Shown: positions 45,264 to 60,294 of the stretch, piece by piece
Numbering within the stretch: position 1 is the stretch's first letter
How the letters are laid out: each line of letters opens with the position of its first letter
Assembly: GCF_009914755.1 (NCBI RefSeq)
Contig: NC_060928.1
Strand: one strand, 5' to 3'
Length of the DNA stretch: 64,000 nt
Origin: the human T2T-CHM13v2.0 reference genome, Homo sapiens
Notes under the pieces: generated by a model
The model's database searches: none
The model's input: only the letters and a program-made list of their open reading frames with translations
What the model was told of the DNA's origin: nothing
Translations under genes and position numbers: made by a program

Positions 45264-45670
45264 TGTGATGGTTAATATTGTTTACTTGATTGGATCGAAG
45301 GATATTAAGCATTGATCCTGGATGTATCTGTGAGTGTGTTGCCAAAGGAGATGAACATTTCAGTCAGTGGGCTTGGAAAGGCAGACCCACACTTAATATG
45401 GGTGGGTGCAATCTAATCAGCTGCTAGCATGGCTAGAATATAAGCAGGCAGAAAAATGTGAAAAGGGAGACTGGCCTAGCCTCCCAGCCTACATCTTTCT
45501 CCCATGCTGGATGCTTCCTGCCCTCAAACATCGGACTCCAAGTTCTTCGGTTTTCGAACTCAAACTGGATCTTCTTGCTCTTCAGCCTGCAGACAGCCTA
45601 TTTTGGGACCTTGAGATTGTGTGAGTTAAAACTTAATAAACTTCCCTTTGTGTATATGTATGTATGCATA

Positions 45671-45718
<48 letters not shown>

Positions 45719-45803
45719 TATATATATATATATACACATATATATATATACATACATATACATATACACAATTAGTTCTGTCCCTCTAGAGAACCCTAAT
45801 ACA
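45264..45803 (+). mobile_element. MLT2A 3' LTR with expanded (TA)n/(CATA)n tract at ~45650-45768
   Basis: After gacaagaggtggact; matches the 5' LTR; ends gagaaccctaataca. Confidence 0.93.
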
Positions 45804-45873
45804 GTAGCAAATAGCCACTACCAGACACAAGAGGGCCATGGTTACCAAAATGGAAAGCAGCCTTAAAAAGTCA

Positions 45874-46204
<331 letters not shown>

Positions 46205-46982
46205 TCAGCAACCTCCTGAAGCATTATTTGACTTACTTATGAGAAAAAAAATATTATTTACCTATTGTGAATAGAAGTCTGACCTACCATAATTTTTATG
46301 TACGTTAGAACATACATAAAATTATCAAATACAATTAGTATAAACAAGATCAGTATTGAGCAGCATCTGATGGCACAGATAAGTTTCATAAGAAAGTTAA
46401 TTCATGAGCAAGTTAAATTCTTGAACAAGTTAATAATTCCATAGTCAACTCCTCCTACAGTTGTCCCTCTTCCTAAATCCATCCTTCTAACATTAAGTTT
46501 CTTAAAACTCTTTGGTGAGTGAATAAAAAGCACAGCCATAGTTTACTGGTAGATTTAAACCCTGTGCTTGCATGAGTTAAATGTGAATGATGTGGCATTA
46601 CAGTATTGCCCAGGGTGGATTGGAAACACTTTAGGGAAATAAATCTAGCCAGTGGACAGATATCTGAGAAATTCACTTAGTGGTTCCCTTTATCCAAAAA
46701 GAAAGATGGCAAGAGCTATGGCTGACCCATGGGAAGTAGCCAAAGGCTTTGAGGGAAATTCAGGGAAAAAATAAACTATAATTATTGATAAAGAGATCTG
46801 GGAATGGTATGTGTATAGACCCCTGAAAACGAGATACAAGAGTCCAGATATTTGTGAATATGTGAATACTCATGGTTGCAACAAGGACAGCCACTGAACA
46901 GGAGTCTGCCATTAATTCAGTGGACCAGACAACCCATTCCCTAACCCTTATTCAATAAGCCTCACGAGGAATGGGGGCAAGA

Positions 46983-47046
46983 GCTAGGTGTGGTGGCACA
47001 CACCAGTAGTCCCAGTTACTCAGGAGAAAATGAAAAAAATAAAAAG
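46983..47046 (+). mobile_element. Short 7SL/Alu-monomer 5' fragment with A-rich tail
   Basis: gctaggtgtggtggcacacaccagtagtcccagttactcaggag followed by aaaatgaaaaaaataaaaag. Confidence 0.55.
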
Positions 47047-47402
47047 AACCAATGAGAGTAGGATGAAGTTAGTACATGACACAACCAAGGGCTTTTCCTT
47101 ACCTACCAATAGCAAAGATTAACACTAACCTGGTGATGTGACTACTTTCCTTGAGAACAAGCTAGCCACCTGGTGGCAGACTGATTATAGTGCACAATTT
47201 TCATCTTGGAAGGGGTAGCAGTTGGTCCCAATTAGAATAGATAGTTAATTTTCATCTGGATTGTTATTTCTTGCCTGATATGCTCTGCCAGCAATAGTAT
47301 CTGTGGTTTAGAGAGCACCTTATTTACCCCCTAGAATATTACATGGAATCACCACCGATCAATTAGTTTATTTTACAGAGTAAAGAAATGTAATGGTGCT
47401 CA

Positions 47403-47531
47403 TCTTCATGAAATTTTATGGTCTTACCATACCCCTATCACCCTGTCTTCATGAAATTTGATGGTCTTACCATACCCCTATCACCCTGTCTTCATGAAAT
47501 TTGATGGTCTTACCATACCCTTATCACCCTG
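47403..47531. repeat. 43-bp tandem triplication (minisatellite) in the old ERVL integrase remnant
   Basis: tcttcatgaaattt(t/g)atggtcttaccataccc(c/t)tatcaccctg at 47403, 47446 and 47489. Confidence 0.93.
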
Positions 47532-47646
47532 AAGCAGTTGGCTTCATACGGCATTGGAACAGCTATGGAGACAACTCAAAGCTAGCCCTGCCTGAGAAAA
47601 CACCATGTGAAGTTTGTGTGCTGTTTTTAAAGATAAGTTATATGTG

Positions 47647-47694
<48 letters not shown>

Positions 47695-47790
47695 ATCTAT
47701 CTATCTATCTACCTATCTATGCATATGTAACATATCTTTATGTATACATATATGTGTGTGTGTGTATATATATATATAGAGAGAGAGAGC
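47647..47790. repeat. Compound microsatellite (TATC)n then (TG)(TA)(GA)
   Basis: Directly visible repeats. Confidence 0.92.
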
Positions 47791-49076
47791 GCACTCTATA
47801 TCTCTACCTATCATCTATACATTTAGCCAGAGGTCTACAAAATAATAGGTAAAATACAAAGCAGTTTTTCTCATTATTACTCCTAATTATCCACTAAAAA
47901 AATTGGTTTAGAGATTTTATTTCTTAAAGGAGGAAATATTTCATCAGAGGACAAAACATAGTTTTTCATTAAGCTAGAAACGGAAACTGCCTCCTGGCGA
48001 CTTTGGGCTACACATTCTACTGAACCTCAAATAATGAGGTTGCTCTATTGTCTTGGTGGTTGAACCCAACAGTCAAGCAGTAATTAGTTCACCACTGTAT
48101 AATAGAAGCAAGAGTTAGTAGGTAAGAAATTCAGGGGGATTCTCTGAGGTGCTTCTTAGCACTCCCATGACCAGTACTTCAAGATACTAGAAAGCTACAG
48201 CAACTCAAAATAGTCAGAGCCACTAACAGCATAAGTATTTCAGGAAGAAAAAATGTGTTTAGATGATAAGTTAAAGACCTGCTAGCAAATTAGGGGCTGG
48301 CTGAAGACCAGGGGAAACCAGAAGTAGGAATACAAGACAGAGATAATACCAACTTCCAATAAGGGCATGAAAATACAGTTGGGAACTGCTGTAGTTATGC
48401 ATGCATTGATTGCTTTGATTGCTTTGATATGTACATATTTGTTAATATATTAATTATATATGTAATATTTGTACATATTAGTAATATACTGCATTACTTA
48501 TTAAATATACTTTATATACATATATATTAGTATTAAGTACAAATATTACTAGTATTGTCATATTACTACATACATTATCATTTGTAATACATATAAATGT
48601 ATTATAATCAATTATTTATATATTTGCTTACATGAATATTAATAATTCCCAGGACTCTTATAAAAGTTTATAATAGCTAATTGGTGGGAGGCAGGGAATA
48701 TACTCTTGTTCTGAATAACACAAATAATCACATTAAACATTAAATTTATAAATCACAATTTAAGTAACAAACTGTTCTGTGTAATATAAAAACAAGTAGT
48801 CACATAAAATCACAGATTATATAGGTATTTTACATTTGTGTTTTTCAAAAATAATTATTAAAAAATGAATGTCAATATTCCATTTCCTTTTTCATTTTGT
48901 TTTATGCATTAATAATGATCAAATAGGAAATAAACAGGGAGGTATAACATCCTGTTTGGCACTTTCGTCTACAAGGTGTAGTGAACCATTTCAGATATTA
49001 GAAGCTGGGCATTATAAAACTCTTAAAAAGAGAGGATAATGTATATTCTTAAATTTGTTAATAAGAATGACAGAGA

Positions 49077-49423
<347 letters not shown>

Positions 49424-50961
49424 TTAGATACCTGAATCCAATCAGATGAAAATAAATCTACTGGGATATAAAGTTTACTAAGAACATGATGATTCGGTCC
49501 CTTATTTGTGAACATTCTATCAATCTTGCTTTTTATTTTTTCTCCTTTTCGTGTTTCTACTCAATGCCTTTATTTAATTTTACTTTGGTTTGGTTTAAAT
49601 GTACTATTTCTACTAAGATCTTGGGTTTGGGATTCTACTTAAATATTGGTGTCAGTATTATCTTAAAAACGTATTTCATGATTTAATGTATATTTAGAAA
49701 TAAATGTTTATTAAAGCACTAATATAAAATTACAGATGTATTCGGAGTGAAAATGTCATTGGCTGGAAAATAGCAATTAGCTTGAAATAATAATTTGAAT
49801 ACTGTTGGATTCCTTAGTTTTTAAAATTAATTTGAATTTCCCTTACTAATGCCTTTGAAATTCATTTCCTAACATAATCACCTGTGTTCTCTGCTTTAAA
49901 AAATTTGCTTGACTATTATTTATCTTATGATTACTACTTGTACTCTAATTTTCTTTGCCAAAGTGATTGCACAAGTGACCTAACTCAATACTTTTAATGC
50001 ATGTCCCTTCAATTTCAGAAGCTGAGCTCAGCTTACATTTATTTAGTACTTTATATGTAATTGGCACTGAGACAGATATTATACCGAAGTGTAGGTGCCC
50101 AAAGATGAAAACATAATCTTTCTGCTATATGAGATATTTAAATTAATGATGAGATTACTTAAGGAAAGGGTGTAGAATAAGAAAAGGAGCTGTTCTGCAG
50201 CAGAATTCTGTGGGATACTAAAGAGCAAATAAGCATGTAAAACTATTAACATTTTAGGCAGTAATAGTAAAAAAATCAGTGTTCCTTATGTCAGAATGAG
50301 CTAAGAGAAAAAGAATCACCAGATATTTGAATAGGCATTTACAAAATAGTGCTCCTTGAAGAAAAACTTGTTTCCTTAAAAATAAAAGGGAATGTTGAAT
50401 GCCAACCAGTGTTAATGAAAAGAAAGACTCAAACTTAGAATAACTAAATACTTTTCTGAATCTCAAAGTTTAAACAAATATTACATAGGTAACCACGGTG
50501 GGAAGATAAATAAAATACATAAGAACTTTTGGCTACAATGAAGATAGAATCAGAATTCCATCCTTAATTTTTTTCTATAACACTGATTATTAATAATTAT
50601 TAATAGATAGGAATACAAATTCCACTATCCAAGGAAAAGAATTGTGGCTCAAAATACATACAACTAAGTGAGGATATGTTATCTGTTTAGTATCTGCTTA
50701 TTATGTTAATAAATAATTCCATAAAATTTAAGAAAACAGTCCTTCAGATAAATATGTTGTAAAAAACATTTTATTGTGTTTTCAAAAATGTCTCAAGATT
50801 TTAAATACCAGTCATGATATAATATCTTCTATTGGATTAAGCATCTCTAAAAAAATCCAAGAAAACTCACATAGCCAAGAACTGATATAGTTCTTCTTAT
50901 GCTGGGAAATAACTATTTTAGGCACCTGATAGTATAATATTTAATCCTTACAAAGAAGGTG

Positions 50962-52203
<1,242 letters not shown>

Positions 52204-52284
52204 AGGAAGTTCTTCATTTTTTGTTGAAGAAACTGAGACTTAGAGAATCTTAAAAACTACAGATGCTTTTTCTAATGTGGCCGC

Positions 52285-52944
<660 letters not shown>

Positions 52945-54261
52945 AAAATATTTAAACTTTAAAAGCATAAATTAAAAATTAGTTACCCTAATATGTAGGG
53001 TAATATCATTGACTTTCTACCTCCCGCATCTAGTTGTACCATTTACCACCCTTAGAAGAATACTTCAATTGGTCTACTTTTTTACCAACAAAAAGAAGAA
53101 ATGTAACTCATACAGTCGTCATTAGGAAATTTATAGTGTATATTCTGTTGCCTTAGCCAAGGTACTAAAACTCTCACAAAGTAGCTGTGAACATTTACAA
53201 TACATAAAACTCAGATAAATAAAAATATGTATTGCAGTAACATCATCACCTTTATTAACTTCATTAAGTAACAGCAAAAATTAGGAAACATATAAACACC
53301 TCAAATTAACTCAGAAAGGTAGATCTTTACTCCCACATATGTGGCAAAACTGTCTCCCTAAATAAATATTAAGAGGTGTTGAATTTTTTCAGAAGCATAA
53401 TAATCTTCTTTTTAGCCTCTCAGATGTAGAATTATCAATAGTTGATTTAAATTTCTGATTATTTATAATTATCCTATACTCCCCATATCTGTCTTAATTT
53501 GTTTTAAACATTCTACTTTAAACTAATCAACTTACGTAAATTTTACATATTAGAGAAAAGCACCTAGAATTTTACATATCAGAAATAAGAAACTCGATTC
53601 CTGAAAATCTTTTGATTTTGTGATTTTGCTCATCATTTCTTCTAGCAACAGGCACAATATTTGGATAATACACAATTGTCAAACACTGTTAATGAAATAC
53701 ACTTGTGAATGAAGAAAATGCAAAATATATTAGCAATATTTCAAAGCAATTAACTGAAAAAAACAACCAAAGTATGTCCATTATGTCATTACCCCAGCCA
53801 TTCAGAGCTGATTTATATTGAGAACTGACATCAGATTCCTGGTAATGAACTGAAGACAGAGAAAGAGGTGTGGATTGATAAAGTCTCATCATATTACAGT
53901 GCAATTTTGTTTAATAATGGGGTCTATCACTAACCCTCATTAAACATTTAAATCATTGGATAAGTGTTGAATAGTCTTGCCTGCATCAATGATAGGGGTC
54001 TATGGAGGAAATTACGTTAGTTTATCTCACAACTGGGAAAGGAAAAATCTTCCAAAATGTCATTTGGGATGTCATGCACAATAAGGTGGGTAGATAATAT
54101 CTTCTGAATAGAAAATACACAACTAGATGATGCCAAGCCTTTAGTACATGAAGCAGTTTTTGATGTGGGATAAACATGGTCACTAAAGAGAAAACAACAA
54201 AAAAATTCAAGGAACATTAAGAGCCTGGAACACACTTGCTGACATTGGCTACACAGGCCTC

Positions 54262-54467
54262 CATTCTCCTGCCTCAGCCTCCCCAGTAGCTGGGACTACA
54301 GGCGCCCGCCATAACGTCTGGCTAATTTTTTTTTTTTTTTTGTATTTTTAGTAGAGACGGGGTTTCACCATGTTAGCCAGGATGGTCTCAATCTCCTGAC
54401 CTCATGATCCACCCGTCTCGGCCTCCCAAAGTGCTGGGATTACAGGCATGAGCCACCGTGCCCGGCC
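54262..54467 (-). mobile_element. AluY lacking its 3' ~90 nt and poly(A) tail
   Basis: Begins abruptly at cattctcctgcctcagcctc and ends gagccaccgtgcccggcc. Confidence 0.88.
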
Positions 54468-55930
54468 CCAAATTGGATTTTCTTATTCACTTTCATTCAC
54501 TACCCTAAAATTGTCTTTTTTTAAAAAAAATGAATTAAAAATAATTTGAAAAATAATAAATAGTTTGAAAAATATCACTTGAATTTAGGCTAAACACTAA
54601 TTTTGTCCAAAAAGCATATGGGAAAAATTTCATGAATATCAAATTGTTCACTGGTATTTATGATTCATTCAATCCTAAACAATGCGAGCTTGCTTTGGAA
54701 ATGATTTACCAAGATTCTCCAGTTTATAGTGAACTTCCATATGTCTTTCTTATTATCAGCTCTATTAGATACTGCTGAAAGTCTTAGCCACTATTGGGGC
54801 CTGACTGCTTATACATTGCCTCTACTGTCAATAATGCATTTTTGAATATAGTTCAGATTCTGGTCATAGATTTTCCTGCATTACCAAACTATGCCCTTCT
54901 GTGTTGTTTAAAGTTGACAGCTGAAAAGACCTACCTAACAGTACATCAGATTCATCTGAGTTTTAATCCAAGAATTACAAATTAATAATGGATTTCACAG
55001 AGCAGAAACTAAAATATGAAGAAAAAAAATTTCAGAAAGCCCTCATATTTTCTTCTTAAACATTTATTACCATTAAGTATTCCTCTTTGCATTAAAAATA
55101 ATTCAATAGAATGCCAATATGAGGTTTTCAATATTTTATTACTCCTTCCTTTTCTCTGATTTCTTCTCGCTTTGAAGATAAAAGAGGTATTTTAATTAGG
55201 ATGCAATGGGAATAAATTCAGAATTAGCATATGTTGGTGTTCAATAAATGCAGTTTTAATTATAACCTTTTCCTGTTTGTTTCAAAGATTCAGAAAAAAA
55301 GCACATCAGAGACAAAACAAATATTTCTTAACATATTATATTTAATAATATATTGCCTGAAACTTCAGGCAATATATCACTAATGTGGGTACACACATTT
55401 TTTTTAATTCTAAAAGCCTACTTAAATTTCTAGATGAGGAGAAAATCCAAAGAATATATAGAAGTTGCCTCATTGCTCTATACATACTAGAGGGCATGTT
55501 TCCTTACCTGAGAACTTTCAGAACTACACTAAAAATTATTTTGTTTCATGAAAAGGTACTGGAATCTGTCAATGTCCCAGGCTCACTCCGTGGTAGAGAA
55601 AACCAGAGCCAGCAAGGGGATTTATAGATCTCAAACTACAATTGACTCTGTTTACTTAATGACTTATAATTTTTTTCTGCAGATTATCTGAGTGTTAAGA
55701 TGTAGAAAATCCTTTTCTCAGGCAACACACACAAAGAAGTAAAATGAGTTCAAGCATTCCTAAAAATGTTATAATAAATTATGGAAGACTTTTCTTAATA
55801 ATTTTGAAAAAGAATTAAGGCTAATATCTGCAAAAGTGTATCTGTCTACTGGGGTATATACTTCTTATTATATCAAATTAGCATTTCAGATCAATTACCT
55901 CTGGATATTTATATACCGAAAATTATACTA

Positions 55931-56190
55931 CATTTTGGGAGGCTGAGGCAGGAGGATTGCTTGAGGCCAGGAGTTCTAGACCAACCTGAGCAACATAGCA
56001 AGACCTCATCTGTATAAAAATTTAAAATAAAAAAAATTAGCTGGGTGTACTAACATGCACCTGTGGTCTCAGTTACTTGGGAGGCTGAGGTGGGAGGAAC
56101 ACTTGAGCTCAGGAATTCAAGGCTGTAGTAAGCTCTAACCACCATGGCACTCCATGCTGGGCAACAGAGGGAGACCCTGTCTCTAAAAAA
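55931..56190 (+). mobile_element. AluJ, 5'-truncated
   Basis: gggaggctgaggcaggaggattgcttgaggccaggagtt...aaggctgtagtaagct...gagaccctgtctctaaaaaa. Confidence 0.88.
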
Positions 56191-59100
56191 TTAATTGATT
56201 AACTAATAAGAAAACTATTCTAATTAGATATATTGTCTAAATTTCAAAATATATACAAATATCTAGAATTTTCTGTTTAATTTCCCACTTAATTTTAATT
56301 ATCTTACATTGGGCTCCAAATAACTTTATGGTGGTCATCTTGGATTTTGCTACTGATCAGCGAAATTGCAGGCCATTTAAGCAATATTAGTACACAGTTT
56401 TAATGATATGACAAATTAAATTGAACAACATTTTAGTCTGAACTAATTACATTATATTAAAAACTATAGGAGCAATTTCACTTTCTGTAGACCTACTGGG
56501 GAAAATAATTTAATTTTAAATGTATGAAGTCATAAAAAATCAATATCTTACTATATGATTGAACTAATTGACCAATGATTTCTGTTTCTAACTGTGTTCA
56601 TGCATTGGGTGATTGGATTTGGGGATCTATCTGGCATAGAGATAACATCATTAGATATGGTTTCTAGATTTCCTGGTTTGGTCTTGGATCAACAAGGTGA
56701 CTAAGATGCCATATATTTACAAATAAAATTGGAGGAAAAGGAAACAAATGCAGCACTAATAAAAGAATAAAAAACATAATAAAGTTTAGAACAAGTTTAG
56801 TAGATATAAATAACCAATTAAATTCAGTCTTGTCAAAGATTCTTAAGACATTACATATTCTTTAAGAGCTACAGAAATTGATATTTTATATACGTTAAAT
56901 TGAACTACACATTTTGCAGGTTTTATCCAGCTAAAATTAATGTCTATCTATAGAACACCTTGTTTATCATGATCATGATATATTAAAAAAATGTAAATAC
57001 ATTTTTTGATTGCTGGTAGAAAGGTACATATAGAATATGTCTTTACCCATAAGCCATTAGGTTGCCTCAGAGAGAGTTGAATATGTTCAATTTTGTGAAA
57101 ATGAAAGTTTACAACATTGTGGAAAATATTTACCTTTCTAAACCACTTTTTTCTTTACTGCATGTTATCATTAGCCAAAAGCAATCTGATATTTACACAG
57201 AAAAACAGAAGTAGAAGAGATAGTGAAAGTGAGTCTGACCTAAACCAGAAAAAGGCAATTGTAGCTGACTCCTTGAACATTTATAAACTTCCACTAGCCA
57301 GTCTATGTAAATACCAAGATGAGAATTAGGCCCATATACCATTCTTCAATAATTTGATGACTTATTTGATATATTGAGTAACTGCCAATTTTGTTTTAGA
57401 AAGAAACATGATCAGAAAAAAAGAGACCTGTTCTAAACATGTTTATTCATTACATACAACACAAATCAATTCTGCTTCTCTTGCATTGTGTCCAAATGAA
57501 GATGAGTGTCATTTCAATGATAATCATTGGTTCAAAATCAAATATGGAGGGTAAATCAGAATATGTTCTAAGTTAGCCCTGGATCCAGTGTTGTTCAATC
57601 ATTTATATCACTGGATTCTAAAATATCAGGTATATTACATAAGTTTATGCATGATAATGACTGAGAGGAATAAATACTACCTTGAGGGAGAAAGTAAAAA
57701 ATAGCCTTGATAATTAAAATAAGGCAACTTATTTCCGAATGTTGAGACAGAGAGACAGGAGAGATAAGTCTTTTATTTTCTTTTATTAATTTGAATGTTT
57801 TATGACAGTAAGAATTAACTAAATTAATTAGAAGCAAAGAACTGATAAGAAGAAACTTTAATTTGGGGATTTACCTGTAGTGCCATAGTCACAATTATTA
57901 TCCTTTTATTAGCAGTGGATTTTATACGGATAATTAGATACTAAATGCAAGATGTATAGCTCAAATATATTTGACCTCTGTATGGTTTATTCCTCAGAGT
58001 TTGGATGGACCATCATTATATAATTTATCACATTGCATTGTGAGCATTTATTTCTACCATCCATCAGCAGGTTGTAGGAGTTTACATAATACTCAAGGAA
58101 AGGATTGGTTTCTATATATTAAATCATAGGATAGAAGCTCTCATTGTAGAAAAGTTTTAAAGAAATGGAAAGGAAATTAGTTTCTGTCATTTCTCTATGA
58201 CTTAGTTTGGCATCATTCTTCTCTGCCTTTCTAATAACATAGAATGCCTGAGACATGACAGAAAATAGCAACTGATTACTGTGACAAGAAGCCATAATGC
58301 AGAATATGGGGAGAAATGGAGAGTGGTAGTAATCTTCATTATTTACACAGCACACTCCCTTTCTAGGAGGTTAGATAAGCACTGTCATTATGTAACATTA
58401 AGACTGGTTGTTTCCTTTTAAAAATAAGTAGCTAAAATAAGGACATGGTAGTTTCTTATTTTGAAACCTTAGAAAGTACTACTATATATAGTAAAAGTGA
58501 TGTGTGAATTGTGAACTGTGCCTCTTGCGAGGCAGAAAAAGACAAAATATTACTGTAATATTGACTTTGTCCTACCACAAAACCATATGAAATCTGCTGT
58601 AAATGTTTTACTGTATTTTATTTTTATAGTGCAGGGCATTTGCAGATGGTTATACAGTGATTCTGTTCTTGATGTTAAAAATTACTAAACTATTAAATTT
58701 AAGGAAAGACTCATTGCTAATAAAATACAATCTCAATAATTTTAAATGCTACTTTTTATGCAAGACATTTGTATTTTGTCACTGGTAAACATTCAAATGC
58801 TTTTAATTAATGTTCTTTTTTTCTTAATGAGGTCAGCATATTGCTTATTTTTTTAAAGAAAAAGAAATGATTACAATATTAGAAAATATGCTATTTTTCC
58901 AAGTTTACTAGGATAGTTTTCTAACAAAATTATTGTCATTCCAACATGCAATACTTTCTAGCAAAGGTGATCTTGCCTTTTAAAAAGTCATCTCAATTGG
59001 TTGCCAATTAGTTTATTTTTTGACATCAGAAACTATCTAATATCCTCTTCCTTTCTCAGACGTTCCCAGAAAACATGAATTGGCCTGAATCCGATGAATT

Positions 59101-59197
59101 AAAAAATAGAATATTTTCTTTAAGTGTCAACATTTATAACTCTGACACATAGTCCTAAGAACATTCCTTGTCATGCTTGTTTCTTAAACTACTAAAG

Positions 59198-59269
59198 AGC
59201 CTAGGCTATGTGAGATAACACATAAATACTGAAGCCTAGGCTATGTGAGATAACACATAAATACTGAAG
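59198..59269. repeat. Perfect 35-bp tandem duplication
   Basis: agcctaggctatgtgagataacacataaatactga at 59198 and 59233. Confidence 0.92.
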
Positions 59270-60294
59270 TAACAAAGGTTCGACACCATAAAATAATATT
59301 CCTCAATTGGATTATAGACTGGTTAGTCTACTGGGCAGCTTTCCTCCAATGTTAGACCAAGGTTGCTGCCACCTTAATTTTACACGACTTGGTCTATGTG
59401 GCTTTCAAAGCCTCAGGAATAAGTGGAATTGATTAGAGTGTTATGCCAGATATTTAAAGGGGAAGAGCTGAAAGTCACTGACATGACTTTCTTCACCTTC
59501 CATTGGCTATAGGCCAACCAAATGGCCCCCTGACCTAACTACAAAGGGGAATTGGAAATAAAACCTTTCTGTGTACGAACACAAGAAACAGAAATATCTT
59601 GTTAGAGATAGGATGTTGTTGCTGGTCTGTCTATGAAGAAGCAAACATCTGACTAGTAGAGAGCAATTGACTTCTCAGTATCTGTATAGGTAATATGATG
59701 ATTTTTAGAATAACCTTAGAAAATCATAAATAGAACTAGGGCAAAAAATGGTCAAGGTCCATAATTTGTTCTAGCCCTTTGAATGCTATTAATTCAAAAA
59801 ATAAATAATAATGCATCAAAAGGAAATGAATTGATATTGACTAAACACTGAACACGAAGAAGTTTACTAAAATTTCTGCCCCAGCTAGTTTTATGAAAAT
59901 AAGCACATGATTTTTTAATGTGTATTATGATTTACACCTATAAATTTACACTTTTGGACAATGCAATCTTTAATTTATCTTTTCATTTATAAAGCTTTGT
60001 AGTCCTTCAGCAGTATCATAAACTCTTTTTATTCCTGTCTTCCAAAATATATAAATCATTATCTTATAACATACAGTAAATAGCACTGAAGAGAATGCAG
60101 AGAATGAGTCTTGCTCTACAGTCGAAGTTGGTGAAAATAGTTGCATAAGGAGTACAATAAATGCTCTTTTCATGATCTAATACATATACATATACATATC
60201 TCTATAAAATTATTTAAAACAGTAGAAAAATGTTATGAAAATATTTTTCAATCTATGTTATCTCTAAGCACTAAATTGTAAATACTAACAATTA

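Larger units (their letters stand above)
32589..45803 (+). mobile_element. HERV-L provirus (MLT2A LTRs), defective; gag interrupted by HERV-K(HML-5)
   Basis: Two MLT2A LTRs; perfect 5-bp TSD GTAGC at 32584-32588 and 45804-45808; gag-pro-pol-dUTPase order and no env. Confidence 0.95.
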
